From Chlorokybus atmophyticus (taxonomy: Eukaryota > Plantae > Mesostigma and Chlorokybus algae), in the NCBI GenBank assembly GCA_009103225.1, contig RHPI01000772.1, positions 685,312 through 749,311 on the forward strand: a stretch of DNA of 64,000 bases. Direction: 5' to 3'. Positions 38,140 through 53,200 of this stretch are shown here, in pieces. The stretch's first letter is position 1. Each line of letters starts with the position of its first letter. Both the position numbers and the translations under genes were made by a program. The notes beneath the pieces are model-generated. The model saw only the letters and a list, made by a program, of their open reading frames with translations. It had not been told where the DNA came from and did no database searches.

Positions 38140-40830
38140 CTAGTTGCACATCTTGCCAGCGACCCATGCGTTGTTGCTGGTGTCAAGGTGAGTATCGCCG
38201 TAGCATGCATGTTTTCCGCAACTGAAAAGCTTGCACACCTGCAGTCAGCAGATGTGAGACACGTGACATGCGCGCATACGTGTGCGCGTGTGCGCGTGTG
38301 TGTGACAGGTGTTGCGCACATTGCTGCAGCGGCCGTTGCCGGTGTAGTATGCCCAGTGTGTGCAGGCGAGGTTGGTCTTGCACTTGTGGCAGCAAGTGTC
38401 AGCGTTGTGGATACCGTTGATCCACTTGATGCGTTGCAGCAGGGGAGTCTTCCACAGCCCCGTGGACACTGGCCTTGAGCAGAAGGATTTGCACACCTTG
38501 GTAGCGTTGAGACGCTTCTACACAATAGAGTTAGAAACACCGATCTAGTAAGCCAGAGCAAGTTGCATGCACGCTTTCACACGCACACATGCACTCACGC
38601 ACGCACGCACCACAGCATGTAAACTGACAGCCACTTTAACGTATGTTCATAGAAGCCATGTTCACAGGTGCAGTTGTACCCGCCAGTCACAGGCTGGCAG
38701 CGGCCATTGGAGCCGCATGGGTTGGGCTTGCAGACACTGTGCACACAGACAGTAAGCAAAGCAATGATGGCATGCCATGGCAAGTCTAGTCTCACAAGCA
38801 TGTGCACAACTACCCTCTCTACGATGCACTCACCATCACGAGGAGGTGGTGCGGGCAGTGATGTTGGCAATGGGGGGGATGTTGGGGGTGNNNNNNNNNN
38901 NNNNNNNNNNNNNNNNNNNNNNNNNNNNNNNNNNNNNNNNNNNNNNNNNNNNNNNNNNNNNNNNNNNNNNNNNNNNNNNNNNNNNNNNNNNNNNNNNNNN
39001 NNNNNNNNNNNNNNNNNNNNNNNNNNNNNNNNNNNNNNNNNNNNNNNNNNNNNNNNNNNNNNNNGGGTCGTGGCCGGCAGCTCCTGAGCGAGCAAATTGA
39101 CAGGTATGAGTCGATTACAGCCGCACCAGTAGTAGACACGACAATACTACCACCTCAAACACACCTCACAGTCGTCTTTTAAACGACACACGCCCGGTGT
39201 CGCATAGACGCCATACGGGCAGGGCGTCCAGTCCTGCTTGCCCCAACACACGTTATATAATTCAGCCTGACACACGCCAGTTGGACAGGGTTCCCATCCT
39301 GCTGGCTGTAACAGATATCTGCACAAATTGGTTGTGGGTGAGAGACTATGAGAGACCACAGAGACACACTACACACAGGCACACGACACATGTACATGCG
39401 AGTGTCCACACCACACCTTGGACGAAGATGTAGAAGGTGCAAGCGATTTCGAGCACAACGGACCCATTGTCGCGCTGGAAGGTCTCCCGTACCTTGAACA
39501 ACGGTCTCTATCAGTGACAGCAGGGGTGAAGCAGGGGTGAATATGGCTGTGGTGTGGAGGGGTGAAGCCACGGCAACCCCTGCGGGAGGGGTGATGTTGA
39601 AGGCTGCGTCCGGGGGGGAAGGCGTGATGGAGTAGAGAGGCGTGATGTCCCTGCCCGCGCTGGCCGTGGCGGTGATGCCAAAGGTGATGACATTCCCCAC
39701 GGCGACGTTACACCATATTCCAAAGGCTTCATCAAGTTCGCACGCAGGTGGGAGAGGATCATCGAAGGTGCACGCGGGGGGGCGCGCGGCTGGGGGATCC
39801 ACAATCTTCACGATAAAGTCCAACGCATGGTTGGCAGGGTTGTTGCCGGCGTGGAGCTCCTCGATTATTATCTGCAAGGAGTACAACTGCCCAACCACTG
39901 TCCCGTCCGTGCGCCACGTGAGCGCGCACGAGGGGGATACTGTGAGCGTGTTGATGGTGCTCGTGGTGTTGGGTGTGAGGGACTCATCGACTGTGGCACG
40001 CCGGCGCGTGAAGGAGTCCATGTCAGGATCCGACACCAACAGCTGGATGGTGTTGTCCAACCCCGGGCCGTTCACCTGGACGGTGGGCGGCAAGGTGGAG
40101 ACCACGCCGCCGGTGTTGCCGTTGTTCATGTCGATGACAGTCCTTGCCCGCAAGTAACTGCAGCTGTCCTCAGGGTTGGTTTGGCTTCTGACTCGACAGC
40201 AATTGGTAAAAGACACCGTGTACGGGCCCGGATTGCCGTACGCATGTGTGATCTGCCACATGGAAGGCGTCAGTCAGGTTCGAGCTAAGGGTGTGTATGT
40301 GTACGTGCGTGTGCGCGCATGCGCGCCAGGGTGCATGTGCGTGCACGCGCGTGCGTGTGTATGCGTCTGACCTGAGCCTGGCCGCTTAGTACGTCTCGTG
40401 CATGGTCAGACCCTGTGACAGTAAAGTGCAAGTTAACCGTGCCCCCGTCGCCTAAGTCGATGTTCTCATTATACATCGTGACATTGTTGCCGATGGAGGG
40501 GCAGCCGTATGGCCTTCGCTCCAGCTCCAGCTCTGGGGATCACTATGGTAAGGGTGGTGTGCACAGAGGCAGCAGGTTCACATGGCACTGCACTACTTAT
40601 AGTCACCAGGGTATGAGCTATGTACCTGGTTCAAGGTTATGATGACTTGATGATTATTTCCAGTTGGCGCTGGTGTCTTTGCGCCAGGACGTGAAGCTGC
40701 TGCGGCAAAGCTTCGTGTCTGGGTCTTGGGCTGTGACGCACGTGCCAGCATGCATGGCCAGCGCTACAATGACAACAAGCCACCACCAGGGAGTCGTGGT
40801 TGCTGACGCTCTGCCTGGTTTTATGATGCT
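38140..40830 (-). pseudogene. Frameshifted gene for a secreted modular protein: signal peptide, large beta-rich domain, Cys-rich repeat, Pro-rich linker, EGF, PAN/apple
   Basis: Signal-like WWWLVVIVALAMHAG; beta domain ..DLGDGG..HAYGNPGPYTVSFTNCCRV..; EGF CKPNPCGSNGRCQPVTGGYNCTCEHGF; PAN-like CCHKCKTNLACTHWAYY..C; stop at 38140-38142. Lesions: in-frame TAA at 40654-40656, an 11-bp tandem duplication at 39520-39541, and a 1-nt loss near 39295 that breaks one of two C-x4-D-W-x-P-C-P-x-G-V repeats. Confidence 0.7.
38891..39064. other. Assembly gap (N run) in the Pro-rich part of the pseudogene
   Basis: Run of N flanked by G-rich sequence. Confidence 0.99.
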
Positions 40831-41542
40831 CCCGGCTACACACACACGCACAGGCACACAGAGAAACGTCTTGATAGGCAGCATAGCACACAGAAAGGAG
40901 ACCAGTAGTGACCACCACCTTGAGAGCAGATGTCTGGAGGACAGCTTTTGCAAGCCTTTTGTATGAACGTTCCATATGCAGCATGCAAGAACGCGCTCGC
41001 ATACACACATGCGTGCATTACACGAGTGCCAGAGACCAGCTTACCTTAACTTAAGGCGGGCCAGGCGGCAGGCCAAGGAAAGACGACACTGACAGTGTGG
41101 CTATGCCTGCTGCAACTTTATACCCGCACGGCTGAGCAAGCATTACGCAGCACCGGACGTGATCCTGGCAAGCTGAGGTCAAGGAAGGCTTGAGGTTAGA
41201 GAAGGCACAACAGTCAAGTCAAGAAGCAAGCTGGCGCAGGCAGCTGACAGCTGACAGGTGCTGATGCTCACGCATGAGCACTCGCCAGCTGATAGGCTGG
41301 CGAGTCTGAGGACGCACAGGAGGAGAACACACTGTGGCCTGGTGACAAGACAGCGCACCTTTTGTGCGTCACCAGGGCCTGCGCCGGGCGTGGTGCCGCC
41401 GCCGCCACCAGCTGTTCTGGCCTCATGGACGGTGGCCTGAGGCCGAGCAGCTGGCAACCACCGCTGACCGGCCACGTGTGTACGGGGAGACACACCCCGA
41501 GTGCCGCATGTACATCATGACGCTGCATCTAGCTGCATGATG

Positions 41543-41718
41543 GGCGGTGGCGGCATGCACCCCGTGGTACATGCCGCCACCGCCGCCGCCACTGGCAGTC
41601 CGCCGCTTTGGCGCTCTTTTTCATAAGTTTGTACCGTGCATCACGCAGAATTGTTAAACCCTAGTTCTGAGCGCTACGCTCTAGATCTAGCGTTACGCTT
41701 ACAGACAGCGTGACGCTG
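41543..41718. promoter_or_regulatory. Structured promoter region of the WD40 gene: 15-bp GC hairpin, telo-box, three AGCG[TC]NACGCT motifs
   Basis: ggcggtggcggcatg/catgccgccaccgcc (41543-41557 / 41570-41584); AAACCCTAG at 41656-41664; motifs at 41670, 41689 and 41707. Confidence 0.55.
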
Positions 41719-41943
41719 CTACACATTGCACCGTAGCTGACAAGGCTGAGGCGGACCAGGCGGCGGCGGTGAAGCTGGCGGTGGAGGCGGAGCTGGAGGT
41801 GAACTGGAGTTATGGAGAGGTTTTTGAAAGGGTTGCAATTGCGGAAGGGGTGTGGGGTTGGTGAGAAGAGTCGGACAGCAGGCGGCTTGCTATAGAAGCA
41901 GGCTTTTGTAGCCCGCCTGTGTGAGAGAGTGCTGGTGTACGCC

Positions 41944-44155
41944 ATGGCGGAGGCACCGTCCTCCGCCGCCGCCGCCTCCACACCGTCAGGTATGGCCACA
42001 ACCGCCCCTGCTGTTCCTCTGGTGGGCGGCAAGCGGGCGGAGATCTACACCTACGACGCCAACTGGCCGGTGTACGCCATGAACTGGAGCGTGAGGAGGG
42101 ACAAGCGCTTCCGCCTGGCCATCGGCTCCTTTATCGTGGACGACTACTCCGCCGCCGCAGCAGCAGCAGCAGCAGGCGGAGGAGGCAACGCAGTTTCCTC
42201 AGGGGGACGCAATGGGGGAGGCAACGGAGGCAGCGCCAACCCCGCCGCCAATGCCACCCCCACCGGCGCCGCCGCCGCCGTTCCTGGCGCTTCAGGGTCA
42301 GTCGGCGGCGGCGCTGCCGTCAGCAACCGCATTGAGGTCGTCCACCTGGATGATGAAGCTGGCGTTTTCAGGTGCGTTGCTGGGTTGTTTTGCATGATGT
42401 GCAAGGTGCAAGGTGCTACTCATTGACAGGCACTGCGTGCATTGCTGCACAAGCGGATTGATTGTAGCGCTACATACTTCCTTGTTCCTTGACTACGGTG
42501 GTTATCAACTTGCTATCAGTCGCATGTGCAAATCTGTATGCCATATGTGTAAGACATGTTGACTTCAGACTTGCAACTCCGGAAGACTGTTTGATTTGTC
42601 TTTGAGTAATGTGGACAAGAACAGTTCTTGCATGTGATGGCAGTCAAGCAACTAGAAGTAGGCGATGTGGCTTGTGGAGGTCACATCATGTAGTCTATTG
42701 GACACACAGTGTACTCGGCGCAACAGGAATGTGGCTTATTTACGTGCGATCAGCACGTTCATGTGTAACTGAGAGAAGCTTTGTCGATGTGTGCCAATGC
42801 CCACGCTGAGTGTCTTGGTCCATTGAGCGCGTACACACTAAAGAGCTTCAGAACTGCATGCTAGTTAGGCAAGTGCAGTTGTGTCAGACACCTTGCAGCA
42901 TGTCCACATGCCATTGATGCTATGCAGTCAGTATCCATGCCGACGCTATAAGTCATAGGTCATAAGTCACTACAGCAACATTGATTGCATTGTTCACATG
43001 CATACGTGTGCAGGACCAGTCCGAACATGTCGGTGGCGCACCAGTACCCAGCGACAAAGGTCATGTGGATACCCGATCGCGACGGTCAGCATCCAGATCT
43101 CTTTGCCTCGACAGGGGACTACCTCCGTATATGGGAGATTGAAGAGGACGGCGTGAAGATCAAATCCCTGCTCAACAATAACAAGAACTCGGAGTTCTGT
43201 GCACCCCTCACCTCGTTTGATTGGAACGAAGCCGAGCCCAAACGCATAGGCACATCCTCCATCGACACCACCTGCACAATATGGGACATCGAGAAAGGTG
43301 TTGTAGATACACAGGTGAGAGAGAGCCTTTGAGTACTGCATGGCCTTGCTGCATAGCCGCATGCCACACGTGCCAACATGTCTAACGTGCTGTGCAGCTT
43401 ATAGCGCACGACAAAGAGGTGTATGATATTGCGTGGGGGGGAGTTGGGGTGTTTGCTTCGGTGTCTGCAGATGGCTCCGTTCGTGTGTTTGATCTGCGGG
43501 ACAAGGAACACTCCACCATCATTTATGAGAGCCCGCACCCCGAGACACCCTTGCTTCGGCTAGGGTGGAACAAACAGGACCCTCGCTACATGGCCACAAT
43601 CCTGCAGGACAGGTGTGTCCTTTATAACAGGATGCATGTCCGGTCAGCTGAGCAGTGCTGTACGTTTCATTTATGACTTCCTGTCTGAGCAGTGCTCTTG
43701 TTTTGCTGTTGTGGACCTAACAGGAGTTCTGTTGTTGCTGCAGCCCGAAGGTTGTTGTACTAGACATACGATTTCCCACGCTCCCTGTTGCTGAGTTGCA
43801 GAGGCATCAGATGTGCGTGAATGCATTGGCGTGGGCACCTCACTCGTCATGTCACATATGCACGGCCGGAGACGACTCGCAGGTGTGCAGCAGACCTCAC
43901 CGTTGACTCGTCGTGCAAGCATGCTGGAACACACATTGGTTGTTGTAATTGTTGCAGGCTTTGATCTGGGACCTATCCTCGATGCAGCAGCCGAACAACG
44001 CCACATCCAACTCGACGGGAAGCACAGACCAGGGCCTTGACCCCATTCTGGCGTACACAGCCGGCGCGGAGATCACGCAGCTGCAGTGGTCGTCCACGCA
44101 GCCTGACTGGGTGGCCATCGCGTTTGCGAACAAGTTGCAAATACTTCGCGTCTGA
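41944..44155 (+). CDS. WD40 protein of the DCAF7/AN11/LWD/TTG1 family
   Basis: [113 protein letters not shown] and [24 protein letters not shown], ending TGA at 44155. Confidence 0.97.
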
Positions 44156-45802
44156 GCAGCTGTTTCAATCCATCGCACGCTTAGGTTGGTTTGGTTCTCT
44201 AAGTGCTTGTAGTTGCATATGTTAAGCTCGCTTGCATCAGTGTCAGAGTAGCCTGCTGCTGTAGCTTGAGAAAAGAGACTGCGCTGATGCTACACATTAA
44301 TAAGCTAGAACCAGCGTCAGACTAGCTGCTACTGTTCACAACAGCTTGGGCTTGCTTCACACACTTGCAGTCTATCCACGCAGTGCCAGTGACTTGGAAG
44401 ACACGTTAGTGCAATGTCAAGGCAGGACGGAAGGTGTGGCTGCAAGGCGCCTTGAGCGCTGTGCGATAGTCTTGCAGTGAGTCGTGCAAGCTTGCAACAG
44501 TGCTTGCACAGGGCATACTCCCGCTTGTGCCTGCATGCATAAAGTATAGGAATCCATGAAACACTGTATGCCAAGCGCACAAGCTAAACACCCACCACAC
44601 GACACACTTTATTCACACACCACCACCACCACCACTACCGGGGCTCTGCTCTACGTGACTGCAAGTGCGTCAGCAGGGCAGAGAGGAGCAGCGGGCGTCA
44701 CCTGCACGAAACCTGAGCAGAGGGTTGACGTGGTGGCGGGTGTGATGATCGGACGTGTGGGTAGTGCTGTTGTGCCGTAATGTGCGTGCTTGCCCCCCCT
44801 CACTAGCATTGCCCGCGCTCTCTCTCTAACAGAGCAGAGCAGATACGACGCTCTAACGCATCCTGCGCAGCGCATGTGCATTTACGTTATACTAGGAGGG
44901 TGCATGCGCGAGGGCGCATTTGTGCGTATTATATGCAATGCAGTGTTATGCGTGTGAATATACGTACGGTTACGGTGCATAGTCAGACAGTCCGGTGGTG
45001 GATTTAAGTTGTTGTGTTGCTTGCGTTGCATGCTTGACATGCTGTGGTGGGTGTGACACCTTGCATGCACTCATAGTACCTTACCCTTTATGTATACATG
45101 ATTATCACACGCATGCATGCATGCCTGGACAGTTGCACCCGGTCTCCGCTGAATGCGTATACATGCATCGTACCTGGTCACAAAGACTCTGACAAATGAC
45201 TGCACGCATGAAGCTGTACTTCACTGCGTTGAGCAGTATGTGCGTCTGTCAGAATTGGCAGGCCTGCAGGTAGTCCTGTGACAGCTTGGCATGCTCCTAC
45301 CTGCATGTGGTCTTTCGGGGGGGAGGGGGGAGGTAACGACATCCTTCCTATGGAACTTGTCACTGCTGTGAACGGTTCTGTAGGAAAGCTTTGGTGGTAG
45401 GCCCAAGTCGACAACAGCTCTCGGCAACTTCGACTGCAATCTCCCTCTCTCTCGCGCGCTCGTACAGGCGTTTCACATAGAGATGCGCCAGTCTCACCTC
45501 GACAAGTACGCCTCCTCTCACACCGTCTCTCCCAGTTCCCAACGAGTGTCAAGTTGCAACTGATGTAACAGCTGCATGCACGCCAGCAGCCTGCAATCAA
45601 CATCCCCCTCGCAAGGATATCTCTCTCGATCTCGCCACAGACCCACCCATACCCATGTGGCAGCATTCTTATCCCATAAGCCCAAGCTCGATTAATAACT
45701 TCTCCAGACTCCAAAACACTTGCTACACTGCAAGCTTGGAGCGCATGCAGCTCTACCTGTGTCACATTAACTCTGCGGTCATTTCTGTGCTAGTCTGTCC
45801 CC

Positions 45803-48758
45803 ATGGCGCCTGAGCCTGCGGCGGCGGCGGGGGCGGGCGCGGACGGCCCGGTGCTCTCCCCCGTGTCGGCGGCGGCACGGGGAGGCGTGGCCGTCTCTCC
45901 CTCGTCCCCCCTTGCGGTCGGCCCCGTCGTTGTCAGCGAGATTGACTGGTCCGGCGGAGGAGACGGAGGATGGGTGGAGAGGTGCCACCTGTGGAGGACT
46001 GGGGAACTGTGCGACGTTGCTTTGAGGGTATGGGCTGTGTGCTGCTTGATTTCATCCGCTGCTGGCATGAAGAAGCCTTGTTGTGATGAGGTCGTTGTTG
46101 TTGTTGTTATGGGATGGTTGTGAAGTTGGGACGCAATTGTCGTAGCAGGCACGGTGACACGGTGACGGCAGTTGGCTACGCAGCAGTGCTGACCTTTGGG
46201 TTTAGGGTTTGGTGAGCATGGGTTGATGACAATCAGTGTTGTGCATGCCAATTCAGTTGCAGGACACAGCACGAGGCTATGTGCATGCCTTGTGTGATTG
46301 GTGTGTTATGCTTCTAGGCAGCCCCAGTTCAAGTTACGTGTGCAAGTGCAATTGCGCACTCGACCATAAAGCGGTCACCCTCAAACAACCGGTAGCAGCA
46401 GCATGCAGAGTAGTAGTATGAGAGCAGCCACATATCTATCTATTTACTACTAACTACAGCACAAGTTTTATTGCTGACTCTGCACACATGCATGCATGCA
46501 TGTGCACGCACCCTGTGCACATACTCACAGATATTTAGATAAGTCTGTGAAGTGGCATGTGCGCATCTAGTTGTACTGTTATACACACGCGCGCGTGGGC
46601 ACATACATCCCGGTCAAACACACCCAATTTCCATATACACACGCAAGCCCGTTGGCTGTAGGATCTATAAAAGCGCACACACAACGATTGGAGACATACA
46701 ACAAAACACATACATGCATGCACACGTTGGCGCACATGCATGTGTGCATGTGCGCGCGGGCATGTGCGCATGCGTGTGCATGCCTGTGTACGAATGCATG
46801 CATGCACTCAGTCATGCACTTACCACGCGCATGCCTGTGCAGGCCGGCGATGTTGAAGTTCGGGCGTCCCGTAGCGACCTGGCTCTTGCCTCGCGCTACT
46901 TCCGCAGCCTGTTCCTGGGGAGCGAGTGTCCCCCGAACGGCGCGACGGTCCACCTCGCGGGCGTGTCGGGACCAGCGCTCGAGATGCTGGTCACTGCGAT
47001 CTATGAAAGGAGGCTGGAGATGGACCTCAGCCTGGAACAGGTGTGATGACTCTGTTGTTGATTAGGTGGTTGGTGAGCAGGTAGCCATCAGATGCACTGT
47101 GTGTTTGTACTGTAGTGCATGTACCTCATGCTTACAACAGCATAGATTTGCATACAAGTGCACACGCACGAGTTTACGTGTGCACACATGCTACGAGCAC
47201 CTGTGTGCGCACACATGCACGTGCATGTGTACAGGCGCTTATGCATGTGTGCTGCAACAACAGACGCACACACATTGCATGCAATTCTGCATGCACTGCA
47301 TGTGCGACTGTGTGTGCATGCACCTCTCGTCCTAGTTGTTATTGTGTTATTGACAATCAGTGCCCATCATTTGCATGCAGGTGGAGAGCTTGCTGGCAGC
47401 TGCTCACCGGCTCGACGTTCCTCAAGTGAAGGCTGCCTGCGCTCTGTACCTCACCTCCCTTCTCTCTCCCGGCACGTGCCTTGTCGTGCGCTCGGCCGCC
47501 GCGCGCTACAGCCTCCCGACGCTCAGCCAAGCGGCGGAGAACATCGCGCTGGACCACTTCGCAGAAGTCGCACGCACGCCAACGTTCCTAACACTCAGTC
47601 TGAATGAAGTTGCGAGCCTTGTGCGCTCCGACGCGTTGCATGTGGACTCCGAACTCCAGGTGCTTGCTCGCAATGCTCCACATGGCATTGCTGCACAGTC
47701 AGTGTGGTGTTGGTCATGTGTTGCGTGGTAGGTTCTGTACTCACGTTGTGTAAGTGCGCAGGTGTTTGAAGCGGTGGCCAGATGGACTCGCTACGACTTG
47801 GCCAGAAGGTGCTCGTTCTATACTTGTGACTCTCGCCCAATAGCTCAGTGATGTATGGTCGTTTTACGTGTAATTGCTGTTTGTTGTGCATGCGATCACT
47901 GCGCATGCACACCAAGCCACCCACATCAGGACGTAGATGTAACAACCATGCAGGTCCCGGTTGCTCCCTGAGCTGCTGTCTCTGGTCCGCCTCGCTCTCA
48001 TCTCGCCTCATGACCTGATGGAGCACGTTGCGGCGCACCCCATCGTACGCAAAGACCTCGCCGCTACCGGCGTCGTGCTTGACGCCATTGCTGCACACGC
48101 TGCCCCGACACGCCGCAAACGACTGCTGGTGAGTTGGTGTTGTTGTGTCAAAACACGGTGGCTATGTTGAAGTGTAGACAACATGTGTGGTGGAAACTTG
48201 CAGGTAAGACCAAGAGGGCGAACGAAAACAAGCCTGGCTTTTGAAGTTGAGGGTTGGTTCTCGTGCACAGCGCGGTATCTGAGCTCCAGGTCATTCAAGG
48301 CTATTGACATGCAGTGGTGAGCATTTTCTTATAGTGGCATATTCAGCCTGTTGTAGAGTATGCGTGTGCGTGTGTGTGCGTATGCTTCCAGGTGACAAGA
48401 ACCAAGTTGATCTCAACTTCACGCTTGTGCTCGCAGTTGGGGTCGCCAAGCTGGGCTTGAAGCCGACCCGGCTCCAATCTTTGCGTTGTATCTTGGTTTC
48501 GTGTCACCTCTACAGATTGCAAAGCAGAACTTCTGTGCAATGTTCAACATGTGCTTGCTGGGCTGGTCGGCTGCAACTTCGTTCATCTTACCGACCCGCA
48601 CGGTAATATTTAAGTTTGGTTGGGTTCATTTGCTTGCTCCGCGTGTTGCTTTGTGTCTCGCCCTGACCATACGTCATCACTGTGCAGCTGTTCCATTATC
48701 TGTGGCCGTTGCCGTTGCTGCCGATTTCGCCAAGCAAAACCGGTCTGAATGCAGTTGA
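45803..48758 (+). CDS. BTB/POZ-BACK domain protein, possibly with a C-terminal MATH/TRAF-like domain
   Basis: ELCDVALR|AGDVEVRASRSDLALASRYFRSLF..LEMLVTAIY (BTB); LLAAAHRLDVPQVKAACALYL..TCL..IALDHFAEV..FLTLS..DALHVDSELQVFEAVARW..LVRLALI (BACK). The terminal exons (FEVEGWFS..SRSF, FALYLGF..FGWVHL) are MATH-like but their splicing is unresolved. Confidence 0.8.
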
Positions 48759-48918
48759 GTGAGGCCGGCCGTGTTGTCTCAATATTGATAGTGCGTCAGC
48801 ATCTATCGTGTGTGCATGTAGTTGTGATGTGTACAGTGTGTTGTAGTTGTGACGTGTACAGTGCGGCTTGCTAGGTTGGTAGTGTAGACAAGTTCGATTG
48901 TGTGACTAGAGTGTGACC

Positions 48919-49228
48919 AGTGGTCAAGTGCGTTTGTAGAGTGTGTAACATAGGTATACGTCAGTCACCTGGCGTGCACAGGTGTAAGTGTGCAGATTAA
49001 GCTTGGCAGTTGTTAGTGTACAACAATTAAATTGGTGTGTACATTGTGCGCTTGGTGTACTTCTGGTTTTACATAGTGGTCAAGTTTTGTAGAGTGTGTA
49101 ACATAGGTACACGTCAGTCACCTGGCGTGCACAGAGTTAAGTGTGCAGATTAAGCTTGGCAGTTGTTAGTGTACAACAATTAAATTGGTGTGTACATTGT
49201 GCGCTTGGTGTACTTCTGGTGTTACATA
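48919..49228. repeat. Near-identical tandem duplication, about 156-bp unit x2, preceded by a 25-bp unit x2 near 48818-48866
   Basis: Copies start at 48919 and 49075 (agtggtcaagt...), share the block gtgtgcagattaagcttggcagttgttagtgtacaacaattaaattggtgtgtacattgtgcgcttggtgtacttctggt, and differ at only a few positions. Confidence 0.92.
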
Positions 49229-50651
49229 CGCACATAGCACATAGTTAAATAGCAAACCACACGCAAGTTTCAGCACATGTTGATGGTAATATACGACCAT
49301 GTCAACGGTGTAGTTTTGCTGTTTAGATTCCGTCACATACCGTACTTGTACCATCACAAGTTCTCTTACGTTTGAACTTTGCCCGATATGGACGCAAGGA
49401 GGTTTGTACCCGATGGCAATAGTTGTGTGATTGTGTCACACAATGCACGACCGTCCTTGTCGAAATAGTAATACGACGGTACCAGGATTAGACAGGCCGT
49501 TTGAGTACGTCCATGTTTGCATCACAGTGCTATAGAACGCTGTAACGCAAAAATGGACGTAATTGAACGTGCAACGCTGTAATGCAATTAAGCTATACAT
49601 GTGCATTGCCGTTTCGCATTGTACTTACAACCTGACAGCGCTAGCTATGATTGTAGCTAGCGCTGCTCTGCGCCCCTCGAATTGTCGGCCTTGCTTGCCA
49701 TTGATGTGTGCTTTTGTTGGCTTGCATGGAGTGCTTTGCTTATACACGCACAACCTTGCACTCTTCAGCTTTGTGATGTAACATTTTGGGCACAAACGCA
49801 ATGACCTATGGCTTTTGCCTGCAGTGTGTAGTCCAGTTCTGGCTGCGTAGAGCCTGAGAAACTCTCAGGCACCACACAGCCAGATCTGGACAGTATTGCA
49901 TTGATGCAGTGATGACCGGTTACAGTGGCCTGATCGCCGGTGCACACCAGATACTGCCCTTTCCTCACCAGAAAAGCTTTTCTTAGTTCACTACTCACTT
50001 AGTTCACTACCCTCACAGCCAGTCAGCTAACAGCGAGTAAACGGCAGCGCCAGTTAGGGCCGGTGTGCGCACCGGTCACCTCAGATACATGTGCCGTACC
50101 CTGCCTGCAGCTTCTTGAATTGACTCTGTATTGTGTGGTTGCAGCTAAACACAACCACACAACAGGCTGGCTTACAGCAGAACTCATCATGCTGTCTTGT
50201 CGTCCACTGACATAGCTGCCTTACAGGGGTACGCCTGACACAAATGATACTCAGGTAAAAACCGCGGCCTTGGTGCAACAAGACAGAAACGGGGCAGAAA
50301 ACAATCCACAAGTCAGTATGTGCATGCGTAGTATGTATGGAGGGGCGTGGTTTGGAGCCTGTTCATGCTGAGTAAGCAAATAATAGCTTACTTAGCTGTT
50401 GATAAGCAGAGCTCAGCCCCCCCATGCATGGTTGCGCACTTCCTAGCGTGGCTTAGTCGGCCAAGCCAGGTCTCACACTGTGTGACACGTGGCCTGACAC
50501 AGATGATACTCTAGGCACAGTATCTGCGGCGCCCCTGGTGTGGCAAGAAGGCGTAGCAAACAACATACAATAGTGATCTAGAGTGAGCGAATAGAGTTAG
50601 GGAGACAGACACAACAACTGCAACTGGTCTGCTAGTGTCTTGCTTGGTTGT

Positions 50652-53200
<2,549 letters not shown>

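Noticed and set aside
41529-41584. Hairpin plus CTAG read as a Helitron 3' end on the minus strand
   Set aside because: The CTAG is followed by A rather than the expected T of an AT target, and no matching 5' end or internal element sequence is evident.
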